64,000 bases of DNA from Patescibacteria group bacterium (GCA_018970245.1 JAGWWT010000002.1:24067-88066), one strand, 5' to 3'. Counted from the stretch's first letter, positions 19,212 through 30,213 are shown. Translations and numbers: made by a program. Notes: generated by a model not told the origin, from the letters alone.

Positions 19212-21011
19212 CTATATGCCGACCAGGGCTTCCTGCCTTTCTTGCCTTTCAGCCTGGGCCTGGCATTTTTGCCAGAAAGCCTGGAAAGCCGGGCAGCTGC
19301 GTATGAGCTCATCGAGCGATCCCTCGCCGACTATCCTTCCCTTCTCGAACATATAGATCCGATGGAAGAGAGGCAAGAGGTGCAGCTTGTGCACGGACGA
19401 TATGATGGCCGCATCCTTGAAGCGGTCGAGGATGCGATCATAGATCATGCGCTCGTTCGAGACGTCGACGTTCGACGTCGGCTCATCGAGAAGGATGATC
19501 TGCTTGTCCCTGCAGGCCAGCAAGCCTCGGGCCAGAGCCAATCTCTGCTTCTCACCGCCGGACAGATTGACTCCCTTTTCGTTGATGGCGGAATCGAGGC
19601 CTTTCGGGAGCTTCTCGATGACGTCGCCGAAGCGGGCCACCTCTGCGAATTCGGCTATCGCCTCATCCGGGTAGTCTGCGCCGAGCGTTATGTTGTCGCG
19701 GATCGTCGAAGCGAATATCTCCGGGTCCTGCGGCACCAGAGCGATGCTGCGGCTTATCTCCACGAACCCTTCCGGGACAAGCCGCCCATCTACTGTGAGG
19801 GTCGGCTTGGCTTGGGGATATAGATTCCTGGTGACCTTCAGACAGGTCGATTTTCCGCTCCCGCTCTCGCCGACGAAGGCGATGCGTTCGCCGCGCCTGA
19901 TCGTGAAGGAGATGTCGGACAGATGGCGCTTGGTGCCGTCATCGCCGTCATACGAGAAGTCCAGCCCCGAGACCGATATCTCCTGCCAATCGGCAGGCAG
20001 CACGCGGTCGTCCAGGCTTTTCTCTCTGAACTCCTTCGAAAGGACTTCGGCGTTCTGGATCTTGGTCTTCCAGATCACGAGCTCGTTGTACATGCTGCAG
20101 AATTGGAACCCCAAGTCCCTGATCCTGTCCAAGTACCTCATGAGCAGATAGACCGTGCCGATCTCGACCGTGAGGCCGGACATGGCGGTCCTATAGAAGT
20201 AGATGCCCATGATCGAGCTCGTGGTGATAGTGCCCACTAGCGAGACCAGAGACCATTTGATCTCGTTAAGGATCGCCGTCCTCTTGAAGAGGCCGTATGG
20301 CTCGTCTATGCGCTTGGATATCGCCTGGAATACCAGGCGTTCGGCCCGTAGGATAACGATGGTCGTTATGTTCCCGATCGAATCGTAGACGCTCTCCGAT
20401 ATCCGGTTCTCGGCTCGGTTGAGGTCCCGGTACATAGGTATCAGGTCTCGATCGAAGCGCATCACTATCCAGGCGACGATCGACAGCATAGCCAGAGTGA
20501 TCGCGCCATATAGCGCGCCCACGCAGCTCAGCATGACGATGCAGACGACTAGCTGGACGAGGGAGGAGATCGGCAAGAATGAGCTCTCCGAGAATCCCAT
20601 GAGAGCCTGCGAGCCCTTCTCGACCTTGTCTATCGTATCGCCGGAATGATGCTCTGCGTGCCATTCGAGATCTAGGCCCATGACGCCGCTCACGAGAGCC
20701 TTGCGATAATCGGCCTTGGCCCTGAATGCGTTCAGGCATTCCTTGATCCTTGCCGGGCCATGGAACCCCCAGAAGAGGAGGTCGATGGCGATAAGGACGG
20801 CCATCTGCAGATATAGCAGAGGGGCGCTCTTAGGCGTCACTCCGCGCTTTTGGATGGTATCGATCGTCCAAGCCAAAGCGAGCGGATGGCAGACTAGGCT
20901 GATCGAGTTCGCGAAGATGAACATGATCCAGTAACGGACTATGTCCTTGCGGTTGCCCGCCGAATACTTCCAGGTCTTTCCGAATAGGAAAGGAAGCGGA
21001 TTTTCATTCAT
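19212..21011 (-). CDS. ABC exporter, fused permease/ATP-binding protein (MsbA-like)
   Basis: 599 aa; 6-TM N-terminal domain, then GESGSGKST, LSGGEKQRLALAR, ILLDEPTS. Confidence 0.85.
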   Translation of the reverse strand: MNENPLPFLFGKTWKYSAGNRKDIVRYWIMFIFANSISLVCHPLALAWTIDTIQKRGVTPKSAPLLYLQMAVLIAIDLLFWGFHGPARIKECLNAFRAKADYRKALVSGVMGLDLEWHAEHHSGDTIDKVEKGSQALMGFSESSFLPISSLVQLVVCIVMLSCVGALYGAITLAMLSIVAWIVMRFDRDLIPMYRDLNRAENRISESVYDSIGNITTIVILRAERLVFQAISKRIDEPYGLFKRTAILNEIKWSLVSLVGTITTSSIMGIYFYRTAMSGLTVEIGTVYLLMRYLDRIRDLGFQFCSMYNELVIWKTKIQNAEVLSKEFREKSLDDRVLPADWQEISVSGLDFSYDGDDGTKRHLSDISFTIRRGERIAFVGESGSGKSTCLKVTRNLYPQAKPTLTVDGRLVPEGFVEISRSIALVPQDPEIFASTIRDNITLGADYPDEAIAEFAEVARFGDVIEKLPKGLDSAINEKGVNLSGGEKQRLALARGLLACRDKQIILLDEPTSNVDVSNERMIYDRILDRFKDAAIISSVHKLHLLPLFHRIYMFEKGRIVGEGSLDELIRSCPAFQAFWQKCQAQAERQERQEALVGI

Positions 21012-21072
21012 TCTCTATCCTTTGTCGTTGGTTGTTGTCTAAGTCAAAGAGCTGGCTGAAAAGAACTAAAAA

Positions 21073-21092
21073 CATCGTGCTTTGGCACGATG
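21073..21092 (-). terminator. terminator-like hairpin downstream of the giant protease gene
   Basis: perfect inverted repeat CATCGTGC-TTTG-GCACGATG flanked by A5 on plus (T5 on minus). Confidence 0.45.
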
Positions 21093-21297
21093 TTTTGAGG
21101 ATTCGATCCCTCGTATAGCATGAAGGGATTCAAATGCTCACAACATCATGCCGCGACGCGGCAATGCCTGAAGCCGGCGCGGACAGTCGCGCCATGCGAT
21201 CGTTATGCGGCTCGTACATGAATTCGATCATGACAAGGCAATGATATCACAGATTTTTGATATCAGCAAGTCCTTAGAGGCCTATGGGCAGCTGCGA

Positions 21298-24200
21298 TCA
21301 CCTGCCGAGATCGAAGATCGTGCCGACTAGACCGATCCATGACTGGAAGGCAGCGCCGAGATACTGTCCGCCATTGAAAGCCGAAGGGCTCGGCGATGCG
21401 GACGGTGATGTCGAAGGCGCGGCATAAGTAGACTGGACCGGCGACGGCGTCGGCGATGCCGATGGGCTGGACACCGGAGACGACGAAGGCGAAGCTGCAG
21501 GTGCTGGCGAAGATACAGCCGTCGGCGAAGACGCTGGGGTCGCGACAGGCGTAGGCGAAGAATAGACGGGAGAATATGTCGGCGAATAGGTATAGGTCGG
21601 GACCGGAGAATAGATAGGATTATAAGTATATGACGGCGAAGGCGTAGGCGATGCGACTGGCGTGGCAGAGTAGGCCGGCGCACTCGTCTGTTGCGGGGAC
21701 GAAGTGTCGCTCGGCAGCGGCGTAGGCGATGCGGCTACGAGCGGCGCTGTCACCTGCAGCGGCACCATATTGCTGTTGCCGGTCTTTTGGTTGACCACCT
21801 GAACATTATAGTATCCCGGATCCGCGTTCGGCACGAATCTCATGCTCTTTCCGTCTGAGCTTTGGGCATAGCGAGTCGCGCTTGCTTGCGACCTGGGATC
21901 GGTCAGGGTTATTTGGTTCATGCCTGATGTGACGAACCTGACGCCAGTGACCGTTACCGGCTGATCGGCAGGCACCGGATTCGGAGCGATCGAAAAGATA
22001 TAAGGGGAAAGCTCGCCGATGATGGTGACCGGATCGGTAGAATTCGGCGTCGGCACGGAGATGTAATTGTATCGGCCAAGCGGATCTATCGTCCACATCC
22101 TGTCCAATATGGCCTTATACGACCCCGGGAACATGATCTTAGGGTTCATCTTCATGGTCACTGTGAATTCGGCGGTCGAACCGGCAGGAATGGTGTCTCT
22201 AAGGTTGTCGCTGGTCACTCCTGGCGGCAGAGCGAATTGCTCCTGATCGGACATTATGTCCCTACCATCGGTGGCGTAGAGATTGAATGGGAAATAAGCC
22301 GGTATGATGAGATCGGCGGAGCCCGCGCTCACATCGACTTTGAATGTGGCAACCAGCGTTGCTTCATGGCCGGATGGGTCATACTGCAGCGCGAGAGAAG
22401 ATGAGGCGACTGTCACCGAGGCAGCTGACGATGTCGTTGCTGTAGTAGTAGCTATAGATTGGCCGAATGAGGTCCACGCCGCGCAATGATAGCAACCTGT
22501 ATTATGGTAATCGCTGAGCAATGACGGCCAATCGAATCCCGCCCAAGCTGCCGTCGGCGTCGGCGACGGAGAAGGCGCCTTCGGAGACTCAGCTTTTGGC
22601 ATACGGCCGACGTCGAGAGCGTACAGATTCATGTTATATGTGTTTCCGAAACCAAAGTGGAAGTTTTCCGGTATTTCCAGCGAAGCGGCGAAAACATCGG
22701 CATCTCCGTTCAAGGAATCGACCAGAGGAGCAGTGAGCTGATCTTGAGCACCCATCGTTGGTATGACGATATTCCTCGTGACAGAGCCTGACCCATTCAA
22801 TATTTCGATCCCCGATGGAGAGCCGTCCATATTGATATTGTTATAGCTGGCGATTATCTGAGAGCTCCCCGTCCCTTCTACATCAGCCAGGGATATCCCC
22901 TCGATCCGATCATTCTCTGTATGTGTGAAGATGCTATTCAGCGAGCTGTCGAAACCGGCGATCTGATCATTCATAGACGCCCAGGAATCGCCGAGTACCG
23001 CGACTATATCAGGCGCACCATTGCCTATATCGCCAACAGCTAGCTGGTTCATGATGTACCCTCGTATCGGTTTGGAAAGCGCAAGGACATTGCCGCTGCT
23101 ATCCAGTTCGGTCATATACGTCGTATAGGCATCAGGATCATACATATTCGCGTTAAATAGGCCGGCGTCGACAGCGGTGAAACCGAAGATCATCTCGGTC
23201 TTGCCATCGCCATGCAAATCGGCCGCTATAGGATACGATCCCATTAGTCTATATGATTTGCCAGTGCCATCGAAAAGCTTTTCAGTCTTTATGAGCTGGT
23301 TCTCTGCCGAAAAGACGTCCACATACAGCTTGAGATCATTAAAGAATTGGCCACTTCCAGTGTATGTGCCGGTCACGACAGCCAGGTTCTGCTGCTTTCC
23401 GCCTGAGATGAAGACGGGATGCAAAAAGGCGATCTGGTGGAGAGGCACATCAGTAGGTTGAGGAGACGGAGATAGCTTTGTGCCGGCGATATCGTATGGC
23501 ATCGGTACATTGATCGGAAATCCTTTGAGAGCATTCCCATTTAAGTCATACCCGTTGATCTGCACAGCTCCAGTATTCATATCTTGTGACACGGCATAGA
23601 GTCCGAGACCGCTACCATCCCTATTGAAGACCGTGAAATCTGAATTGATCACCGGTTTCCCAGCACCCCAAGACGAGATGACCTGCCCATCTGGCTTGAA
23701 GATCGCCTTCCTGTTATCGCCAAATGCTTCAGCAGCGGCGATCGCATTTCCTTGCTGCATATGCACCTGCGCCGCCATCCAATCATAAGGCATCCGGTCG
23801 CCGTTCGACAGCGACGAAACCAGTGTGTGTGCGCCGTCAGCGGAGTAGTACAAGATCGTTGGCGGACCGCCGCACATGCCTGGAATGCTGCAATCTGAAT
23901 AATACGGGACTGCGAGCTTCGAAGCGCTCCCCGGTTGATGGATCACCTCCGGCATGCCTCTCGCCCAGCCAGGCATCGTCTGCGGCCAACCGCTCATGAG
24001 CTCCTGGACATAGGCGAACTTGAATGGGACCGAGACCCTCCAGGAACCGTTGTACTGGGCCTCCAGATATAGGCTGTGGATCCCATCCTGAAGCCCTTTG
24101 AAGCTCGGCGAGCAGATCACTGATGCTTGCACAGCGGCGACATTGCAGACCGTTTTGCCATTGTTGGGATCGTCGACCACCACCCGGTATGATGTTACGC

Positions 24201-26367
24201 CCTGTAAGACCGAGAATCCGAAGATCGGTACTGGATCGCCGTTGGCATAGTTCTGGTTGCGGCCGACTGCGGTGATGCCGATATTGTCGACGTTGAGCAG
24301 CTGATAGGCGTCGGTTTCGTCGCCGTTCAGATCGAAAACCGCCAGCTTCATCATGTTGACGCCCTCGTTCATCATGGTCGTATCCAATCCTGAATAAAGC
24401 ACTCCGTCGGTAACAGGCTTCGAAGAAGAGTAGATGGGCACGAATTGATGCGTCGGATTAAGCCCTTCGGCATACGAGATCGTATAGCGGGAGAAGCTAG
24501 ACGGGGTCAGCCCAGCAGCGCTGCCCGTGATCGAGATCTTATTTTGCCCTATCGGCAAAGCATCGAGCCTAGCTATCGACGGATGCCAGACACCGGATGT
24601 GGCCGCCATAGCGTCTATGCGTCCGGAGCCAAAAGCTTCCCACCGACCAGTTCCCGTGTATCCCAGCATGTTCGAGCTATGCATGATCACATCTTTGACC
24701 AGAGCAGGGCTCCAATCTGGATGGAGCTGGAGGATGAGAGCCGCCTCGCCAGCCACGTGTGGAGTGGCCATGGACGTCCCGGAGAGAGCGATATGCAAGT
24801 TGTCATGGTAGCAATTCGCATCGCCTTCCCCTTCGAAGGCGTGATCGAAGCGGGCGGCGCAGATATTGACGCCCGGGGCGGCGACATCCGGCTTCATGAG
24901 ATATCTTTCGGACCCATTCTGATCAGTCCACTCGACTGGACCGGCTGAGCTGAACCATGCCAGATAATCGGATTTATCTGTTGCCGCTACTGTGATCGCA
25001 TCCGCAGCAGTACCCGGAGAATCTATCGTATTCGGATTCGGACCATCGTTGCCGGCAGCTACCGTGACGACCACGCCTGCGGCTACGGCATTGTCCACCG
25101 CTTCTGCTACCGGATCATCTGGCGTGCCAGGACCGCCAAGGCTCAAGCTCGCAATGTCCAAGTGATCGGACACATCGCCGTCATTGTTCGGATCGGTCGC
25201 GCGCTCTATGCCGGCTATGACCGTCGTCCAGTCGCCTGATCCTCTCGAGTCTAGAACCTTGTAGGCGTATATCGATGCGCCCGGCGCGACTCCTTTGGGC
25301 ATGCCGTTGCCTGCGGCGATATCCGCCACATGCGTGCCGTGGCCCTGGTCATCCATCGGATCAGGCGTATTGTTCACGAAGTTATATCCGCCCACGACCT
25401 TGCAAGGGGTCGTCGTGCCATTGACGACATGCGTTCCGAAGCAGCCGCCCAGATCAGGATGCAGATAATCCACGCCGGTATCAATGATGGCTATGCTCAC
25501 CCCTTTTCCAGTGCTGCCATCCGGATTGCCGAGATAATTGCCAGCCCAGACTTGGGGCGCATTGATGAGCGGGACCGAATCCATGAGTGTGGCACGGACT
25601 TTGCCCACTGGCACCACCCGCTTCACATCCCGCATGCCTTTGACGGCTGCCGCTTCGGAGCCATTCATGTTCAAGACGACCGCATTTATGACGTCTTTGA
25701 ATCGCTTGGTCGTGCCAGCCTTCGGGCCCATCACCGATCTGCCGACGCTCTTATTCTTGGCCTGGATCGCGCCAGGCAGAGAAGCCAGGAATGAATCCTG
25801 CTCGCTCTGGACGGCCTGGCTCTGGGCGGCCAGCTGGCTCTTCACGTCCAGGCGGGCTTTCGTGCCTGCACCCGCTTGTGCCTTGAGCCTGGCATAAGTG
25901 ACAGCCACAGGCTCGGCTCGGAGCTCTACTATATATTCGTCCGGCACGACACTCGCATCCTTGGCTGATCCTGAATACACCGAACCTCCCGACTGTGACG
26001 GCTTCTGGCCAGGATATGAGACGATGTTATTCGCAGGCGCGATGGCGCTCTGGTATGGAGAGAGCTTCAGAGCTCCCGCTCCGCCAGACGCTTGATCGTA
26101 GAACACCGGATAATATGGATGTTTTTGAGAGGCCTGGCTAGAACCATCCGATGCCGGCTGACCCGAAGATCCGTTGGAAGATCCGCTCGAGGATCCGCCG
26201 AAAACGGACGAGAACATGTCGCCTATGGACGTGAAGATGTTAGCCATCTGATCCTGCGGCGGCGCCGCCCTCGCGACGAAGATGGAGGATCTTATGCTCG
26301 CAGCCAGACAGACTATCGAGAAGACGACGAGAGCGGCCGTCAATACAGCCTTGGGCTGTTTTTTCAT
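21298..26367 (-). CDS. secreted subtilisin-like serine protease (S8), 1689 aa, with Pro/Ser/Thr-rich C-terminal tail
   Basis: N-terminal signal/TM; catalytic triad motifs IIDTGVDYLHPD, HGTHVADIAAG, GTSMATPHVAG; long beta-rich middle; C-terminal about 170 aa of P/S/T/Y low complexity. Confidence 0.85.
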   Translation of the reverse strand: MKKQPKAVLTAALVVFSIVCLAASIRSSIFVARAAPPQDQMANIFTSIGDMFSSVFGGSSSGSSNGSSGQPASDGSSQASQKHPYYPVFYDQASGGAGALKLSPYQSAIAPANNIVSYPGQKPSQSGGSVYSGSAKDASVVPDEYIVELRAEPVAVTYARLKAQAGAGTKARLDVKSQLAAQSQAVQSEQDSFLASLPGAIQAKNKSVGRSVMGPKAGTTKRFKDVINAVVLNMNGSEAAAVKGMRDVKRVVPVGKVRATLMDSVPLINAPQVWAGNYLGNPDGSTGKGVSIAIIDTGVDYLHPDLGGCFGTHVVNGTTTPCKVVGGYNFVNNTPDPMDDQGHGTHVADIAAGNGMPKGVAPGASIYAYKVLDSRGSGDWTTVIAGIERATDPNNDGDVSDHLDIASLSLGGPGTPDDPVAEAVDNAVAAGVVVTVAAGNDGPNPNTIDSPGTAADAITVAATDKSDYLAWFSSAGPVEWTDQNGSERYLMKPDVAAPGVNICAARFDHAFEGEGDANCYHDNLHIALSGTSMATPHVAGEAALILQLHPDWSPALVKDVIMHSSNMLGYTGTGRWEAFGSGRIDAMAATSGVWHPSIARLDALPIGQNKISITGSAAGLTPSSFSRYTISYAEGLNPTHQFVPIYSSSKPVTDGVLYSGLDTTMMNEGVNMMKLAVFDLNGDETDAYQLLNVDNIGITAVGRNQNYANGDPVPIFGFSVLQGVTSYRVVVDDPNNGKTVCNVAAVQASVICSPSFKGLQDGIHSLYLEAQYNGSWRVSVPFKFAYVQELMSGWPQTMPGWARGMPEVIHQPGSASKLAVPYYSDCSIPGMCGGPPTILYYSADGAHTLVSSLSNGDRMPYDWMAAQVHMQQGNAIAAAEAFGDNRKAIFKPDGQVISSWGAGKPVINSDFTVFNRDGSGLGLYAVSQDMNTGAVQINGYDLNGNALKGFPINVPMPYDIAGTKLSPSPQPTDVPLHQIAFLHPVFISGGKQQNLAVVTGTYTGSGQFFNDLKLYVDVFSAENQLIKTEKLFDGTGKSYRLMGSYPIAADLHGDGKTEMIFGFTAVDAGLFNANMYDPDAYTTYMTELDSSGNVLALSKPIRGYIMNQLAVGDIGNGAPDIVAVLGDSWASMNDQIAGFDSSLNSIFTHTENDRIEGISLADVEGTGSSQIIASYNNINMDGSPSGIEILNGSGSVTRNIVIPTMGAQDQLTAPLVDSLNGDADVFAASLEIPENFHFGFGNTYNMNLYALDVGRMPKAESPKAPSPSPTPTAAWAGFDWPSLLSDYHNTGCYHCAAWTSFGQSIATTTATTSSAASVTVASSSLALQYDPSGHEATLVATFKVDVSAGSADLIIPAYFPFNLYATDGRDIMSDQEQFALPPGVTSDNLRDTIPAGSTAEFTVTMKMNPKIMFPGSYKAILDRMWTIDPLGRYNYISVPTPNSTDPVTIIGELSPYIFSIAPNPVPADQPVTVTGVRFVTSGMNQITLTDPRSQASATRYAQSSDGKSMRFVPNADPGYYNVQVVNQKTGNSNMVPLQVTAPLVAASPTPLPSDTSSPQQTSAPAYSATPVASPTPSPSYTYNPIYSPVPTYTYSPTYSPVYSSPTPVATPASSPTAVSSPAPAASPSSSPVSSPSASPTPSPVQSTYAAPSTSPSASPSPSAFNGGQYLGAAFQSWIGLVGTIFDLGR

Positions 26368-26444
26368 GGCGTAATGATAGCGCGTCCCAGCCTCGCTTTC
26401 TAATGCTCGAAGTGGATAACGGCTCCGCGTGATAGAATCGAGCG

Positions 26445-27269
26445 ATGAGATACCGGCTACAGATAACGAAAGCGGTGCGGATCGCTCTCATCTCGGCCGT
26501 TTCCGTCTTCGCGGCCATCGGCCTGGCCGCCCTGGGCGCCTATGTCGCCATATCGCTCCACTGGACCGACGTGCAGGGCGTCGTCGATGCCCAGAGGCAG
26601 AGCTTTTCGAGCGACATAGCTGGAAGCCGCGCGTGGATCGACAGCCCGGAATGGCAAGCCCTTAAGATCGCCATGCTCAAGGACCAGAGCGATATCGACA
26701 AGGCTGCCAAAGAAGCCGGCGTCTCTCCCCGCTTCATCATCGGCCCGCTCATGGCCGAGCAGCTCCGTCTTTTCAGCGACGATCGCGAGCTATTTAAGGC
26801 CGTATTCGCTCCGCTCAAGATCCTCGGCGTGCAAAGCCAATACTCTTGGGGCGTGCTGGGCATGAAGGAAGGCACCGCCAAAGAGATCGAAGCCGGCCTC
26901 GCGGATCCGTCGTCCCCATTCTATCCTGGGCCTTCATATGCCCATCTGCTCGATTACTCCGCCACGACCGCGACCGATACGGCCAGGTTCGAGCGGCTGA
27001 CAGATCCGAACAGCCGGTATTATTCGTACCTCTATGCCGCGCTATATGAGAAAGAGATCCTCAGCCAATGGAAGCGCGCAGGCTTCGACATATCCGACAG
27101 GCCTGAGATCGTGTTCACGCTGTACAATATCGGCTTCGATCATTCCGTGCCCAATGCGGACCCGCATTCTGGCGGCTCCGAGATAGATGTGGGCGGTCAT
27201 GCCTATAGCTTCGGAGAGCTGGCTGCGGATTTCTACTATTCCGACGAGCTGCCGGGATTCGCCCGCTAA
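26445..27269 (+). CDS. hypothetical membrane-anchored protein
   Basis: 274 aa, one N-terminal TM, no recognised domain. Confidence 0.4.
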   Translation: MRYRLQITKAVRIALISAVSVFAAIGLAALGAYVAISLHWTDVQGVVDAQRQSFSSDIAGSRAWIDSPEWQALKIAMLKDQSDIDKAAKEAGVSPRFIIGPLMAEQLRLFSDDRELFKAVFAPLKILGVQSQYSWGVLGMKEGTAKEIEAGLADPSSPFYPGPSYAHLLDYSATTATDTARFERLTDPNSRYYSYLYAALYEKEILSQWKRAGFDISDRPEIVFTLYNIGFDHSVPNADPHSGGSEIDVGGHAYSFGELAADFYYSDELPGFAR

Positions 27270-27368
27270 TTACGTGCGAAATGCGTGTGAATCTTGACAA
27301 AAGACTGACATTCTGTTAGGAAGAGTCTAGTGAACCCGACCGAATAACGGTCAAAAAGAGAGGAGATA

Positions 27369-28358
27369 TTGAAAATGAAGATGAATCTAGTGGCCGCGCT
27401 CGCAAGCTCGGTCCTATGCCTAGCGCATCCATCGTTCGCCGCTCCGCCAATTGCGCCGATGACCGCTGATAGCGGGGACGGCACAGTGTCTGCGGACAAG
27501 CCAAGCTCGCAACCAGCGAGACCGATCGTGCAGTTCCGCCATCGTCTGGCCACATCGACTGAAGGGCCAGTGCGGATCAGGATCGTGGCCCTGCTCGGTC
27601 CCGACATCAGCAATCCTGGCTACCAAAGCTGGGGGAGCAACGCGGTGTGGGCTATCCGAAACCACACGTTCTCGAGTGCGCTTAACTACCGGCTTAAGGA
27701 CACATATATCGTCCAGCCGTCGGACCTTTCGGGGACGAGCCTCTGGTTCGCCGTAGACGTGCAGTCCGTGAACCCGGGGTACACGTTCTATCCGGGCCAG
27801 CTCACGTTCGTCGAACGATCGAGCGATACTGGCAGCAGCGCCGATTCGCTCGGAAAGACGAACCCGTTCGACAGCCCGCTCTATGTGTATGCGGATTGGT
27901 CGTCGATCGGCAGCACCGGCGGGACCGTCGCGAGCGGCTACTGGTCGGACACGCCCATCGACCACTTCACGTTCATCGGGTCGATGAGCAAGTACTTCGT
28001 CATAGGCAGCGGATTCAGTATGATCGACGTCGACCGCTACATCAGCTACTTCCCGGACTTCCATGTCACGGGAACGTGGGATCTGGCCGATACGAACCTG
28101 AATGTAGTGGCTCACGCATCCAAGACGCTGTATCTGTCGAGCACGCCGACGCAACCGACATTGGCTGTCATCCCTCAATCGCCTACGAGCGTCGCCTTGT
28201 CGATCATAGGGGCGACTGCCGATGATACGTGGATGCTCCAATTCACGCCTAGCTTGGTCCAGCCCTCGTGGTCGGACGCAGCTTCCATGAATTCCGGCGA
28301 CACCGTCATCCGCGCCACGCCAGGTTCGCAAGGCATGTGGCGCCTGATGCTCGAATGA
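27369..28358 (+). CDS. hypothetical secreted protein
   Basis: Signal peptide MKMKMNLVAALASSVLCLAHPSFA; 329 aa, beta-rich; terminator follows. Confidence 0.5.
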   Translation: MKMKMNLVAALASSVLCLAHPSFAAPPIAPMTADSGDGTVSADKPSSQPARPIVQFRHRLATSTEGPVRIRIVALLGPDISNPGYQSWGSNAVWAIRNHTFSSALNYRLKDTYIVQPSDLSGTSLWFAVDVQSVNPGYTFYPGQLTFVERSSDTGSSADSLGKTNPFDSPLYVYADWSSIGSTGGTVASGYWSDTPIDHFTFIGSMSKYFVIGSGFSMIDVDRYISYFPDFHVTGTWDLADTNLNVVAHASKTLYLSSTPTQPTLAVIPQSPTSVALSIIGATADDTWMLQFTPSLVQPSWSDAASMNSGDTVIRATPGSQGMWRLMLE

Positions 28359-28390
28359 TCCTGTACCTTGCGACCTGCCCTGCCCCCTGC

Positions 28391-28420
28391 GCACCGCCAT
28401 CCTATGCGGTGCGCTTTTTT
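28391..28420 (+). terminator. rho-independent terminator
   Basis: GCACCGC-N8-GCGGTGC hairpin followed by GCTTTTTTGTC. Confidence 0.7.
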
Positions 28421-28538
28421 GTCATTCCAGGCTCGGATCGCCGCAGACGGCGACAAGCCTTGACATCCACTCAAGAAAGTAGTAGGGTCCAAATGCAACG
28501 TCAACCACGGCGCTTAGCAAGATAAACATCACACATAT

Positions 28539-29597
28539 ATGAATACCCTTAATGATTTCCGCAAGATCTCGTTCGTGATCGCTTTCATGGCGGCCTCCGT
28601 GCCTGTCGCGGCTTTTGCCATGGTCTCTGAAGCGACGGCCAGCCCCGTCCCGACCGCTGCCCCGACCGCTCCGGCTACATCTGGCTCTTCAGCTACCGGT
28701 TCCGTCTCGCCTAGCGCTACAAGCGGCACAGCCTCTTCCGGCACAGTCACCAGTTCAGCCGCGGCTCCGACCGTCCCTACCGGCGGCGCTGACACCACAG
28801 GCGCTGTCATAGGCTCCCCGACGACCGGCGGCTCGGCTACGACCGGCGCAGTGACGAGCTCCCCGACGACCGGCGGCTCGAGCACCAATGGCGCTGTGAC
28901 TAGCTCTCCTACCACCGGCGGTTCGAGCACCAATGGCGCAGTCACCGGCTCGGCTCCTGCCCCTGCTCCCGCTCCGTCTCCTGCTCAGACCAGCAGCTCC
29001 GGCAGCAGCGTTTACGGCATGTCGGGAGGCTACTCGTCATTCCTGCTCGCCCCAGCGTCGACCGGCTATTCCACCACTTCCTGCCCGCTCATCACATCGT
29101 TCATGAAGAAGGGCGCCGCCAACGACCGCAGCCAGGTCGTCAAGCTCCAAGCTTTCCTCAAGGATGCCGAGCATCTGAATGTGCAGGTGACAGGAATCTT
29201 CGACCAGCAGACTGAGAACGCTGTCAAAGCTTTCCAGCGCGCCAATCTCACGGCCGTCATGGGCCCATGGAGCGCAACGCGGCCTTCAGGCATCGTCTAT
29301 ATCACTACCGCCAAGAAGATCAACCAGATCGCTTGCGCAGCGCCTCTCACGCTGAATCCCTCCGAGCTGGCCATCATCAATGCATACGTCGCCGGCCAGA
29401 ATACGGCTTCCATCGCGGCCGGCCAGTCTGGATCATCCGTCGGTTCCGAGGCTTCTATCGGCTCCGCCTCGAGCACGGAGACGGCGGTCGCCACCGGCAC
29501 TATCGAGACGAGCGCATCGCAGACGGCCAGCGCCGCTAACGCTAACCCTTCCATCTTCCAGCGCATCTGGAACTTCATCGTAGGCCTCTTCCGCTAA
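28539..29597 (+). CDS. secreted Thr/Ser/Gly-repeat protein with C-terminal peptidoglycan-binding domain (PG_binding_1-like)
   Basis: Signal peptide; three protein-level tandem repeats SPTTGGSxTxGAVT encoded by about 48-nt DNA repeats (28.80-28.95 kb); C-terminal VKLQAFLK...VTGIFDQQTENAVKAFQ. Confidence 0.6.
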   Translation: MNTLNDFRKISFVIAFMAASVPVAAFAMVSEATASPVPTAAPTAPATSGSSATGSVSPSATSGTASSGTVTSSAAAPTVPTGGADTTGAVIGSPTTGGSATTGAVTSSPTTGGSSTNGAVTSSPTTGGSSTNGAVTGSAPAPAPAPSPAQTSSSGSSVYGMSGGYSSFLLAPASTGYSTTSCPLITSFMKKGAANDRSQVVKLQAFLKDAEHLNVQVTGIFDQQTENAVKAFQRANLTAVMGPWSATRPSGIVYITTAKKINQIACAAPLTLNPSELAIINAYVAGQNTASIAAGQSGSSVGSEASIGSASSTETAVATGTIETSASQTASAANANPSIFQRIWNFIVGLFR

Positions 29598-29709
29598 TCT
29601 TGACATCTGGCTCCGATTCATATATAATATAAAGAGTCAGATTGCCCCGGAAAAACAGACTAGGCTCGTAAAAATCAGAGACTGAACCCCACAAAGAGAA
29701 AGGACTAGG

Positions 29710-30213
29710 ATGAGAGCTCGAATGCACATCCTTCTTTTCTTGGCCGCAGCGCTCCATGCGCAGTGCGCCGAGGATCGAGGACCGAGCGATCGTTTGATCG
29801 CAGCCCTAATCCAAGTGGAGTCAGTAGGCAAGGACGACGCCGTCGGAGACTTGAATCTGGAGAACCATGCCTATGGCCCTCTCCAGATCCGCCAACCCGT
29901 CTGCGACGACGTCAATGAGCATTTCGGCACGAGCTTCCGTGCCGATCAATGCCTCGGGAACAGGAGCCTCTCCATCCAGATCTTCCGCCGCTATGTATCA
30001 TTGCACGCGACGAGGAGATCGCTCGGACACGCGCCTCGAGACGAGGACTACGCCCGAATATGGAATGGCGGGCCGAGCGGATGGCATAGAGAGTGCACGA
30101 AGAAGTACTGGGAAAAAGTGCTCTCCGTGGGGAGGCCTGAACATAGACCGAAGATCAGACGGGCGCATAGAGGGCGCAGCCGTCACCGAAGCATACGAGG
30201 AACTAGGAGGTAG
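29710..30213 (+). CDS. lytic transglycosylase (SLT/lysozyme-like domain)
   Basis: LIQVESVGKDDAVGD...AYGPLQIRQPV (E-S...GLMQ-type SLT motif), signal peptide, basic C-terminal tail. Confidence 0.6.
   Translation: MRARMHILLFLAAALHAQCAEDRGPSDRLIAALIQVESVGKDDAVGDLNLENHAYGPLQIRQPVCDDVNEHFGTSFRADQCLGNRSLSIQIFRRYVSLHATRRSLGHAPRDEDYARIWNGGPSGWHRECTKKYWEKVLSVGRPEHRPKIRRAHRGRSRHRSIRGTRR

Noticed and set aside
27420-28400. 326-aa minus-strand ORF antisense to secreted protein gene 27369..28358
   Set aside because: Arg-rich shadow ORF with no start context. The sense gene has a signal peptide and a terminator.
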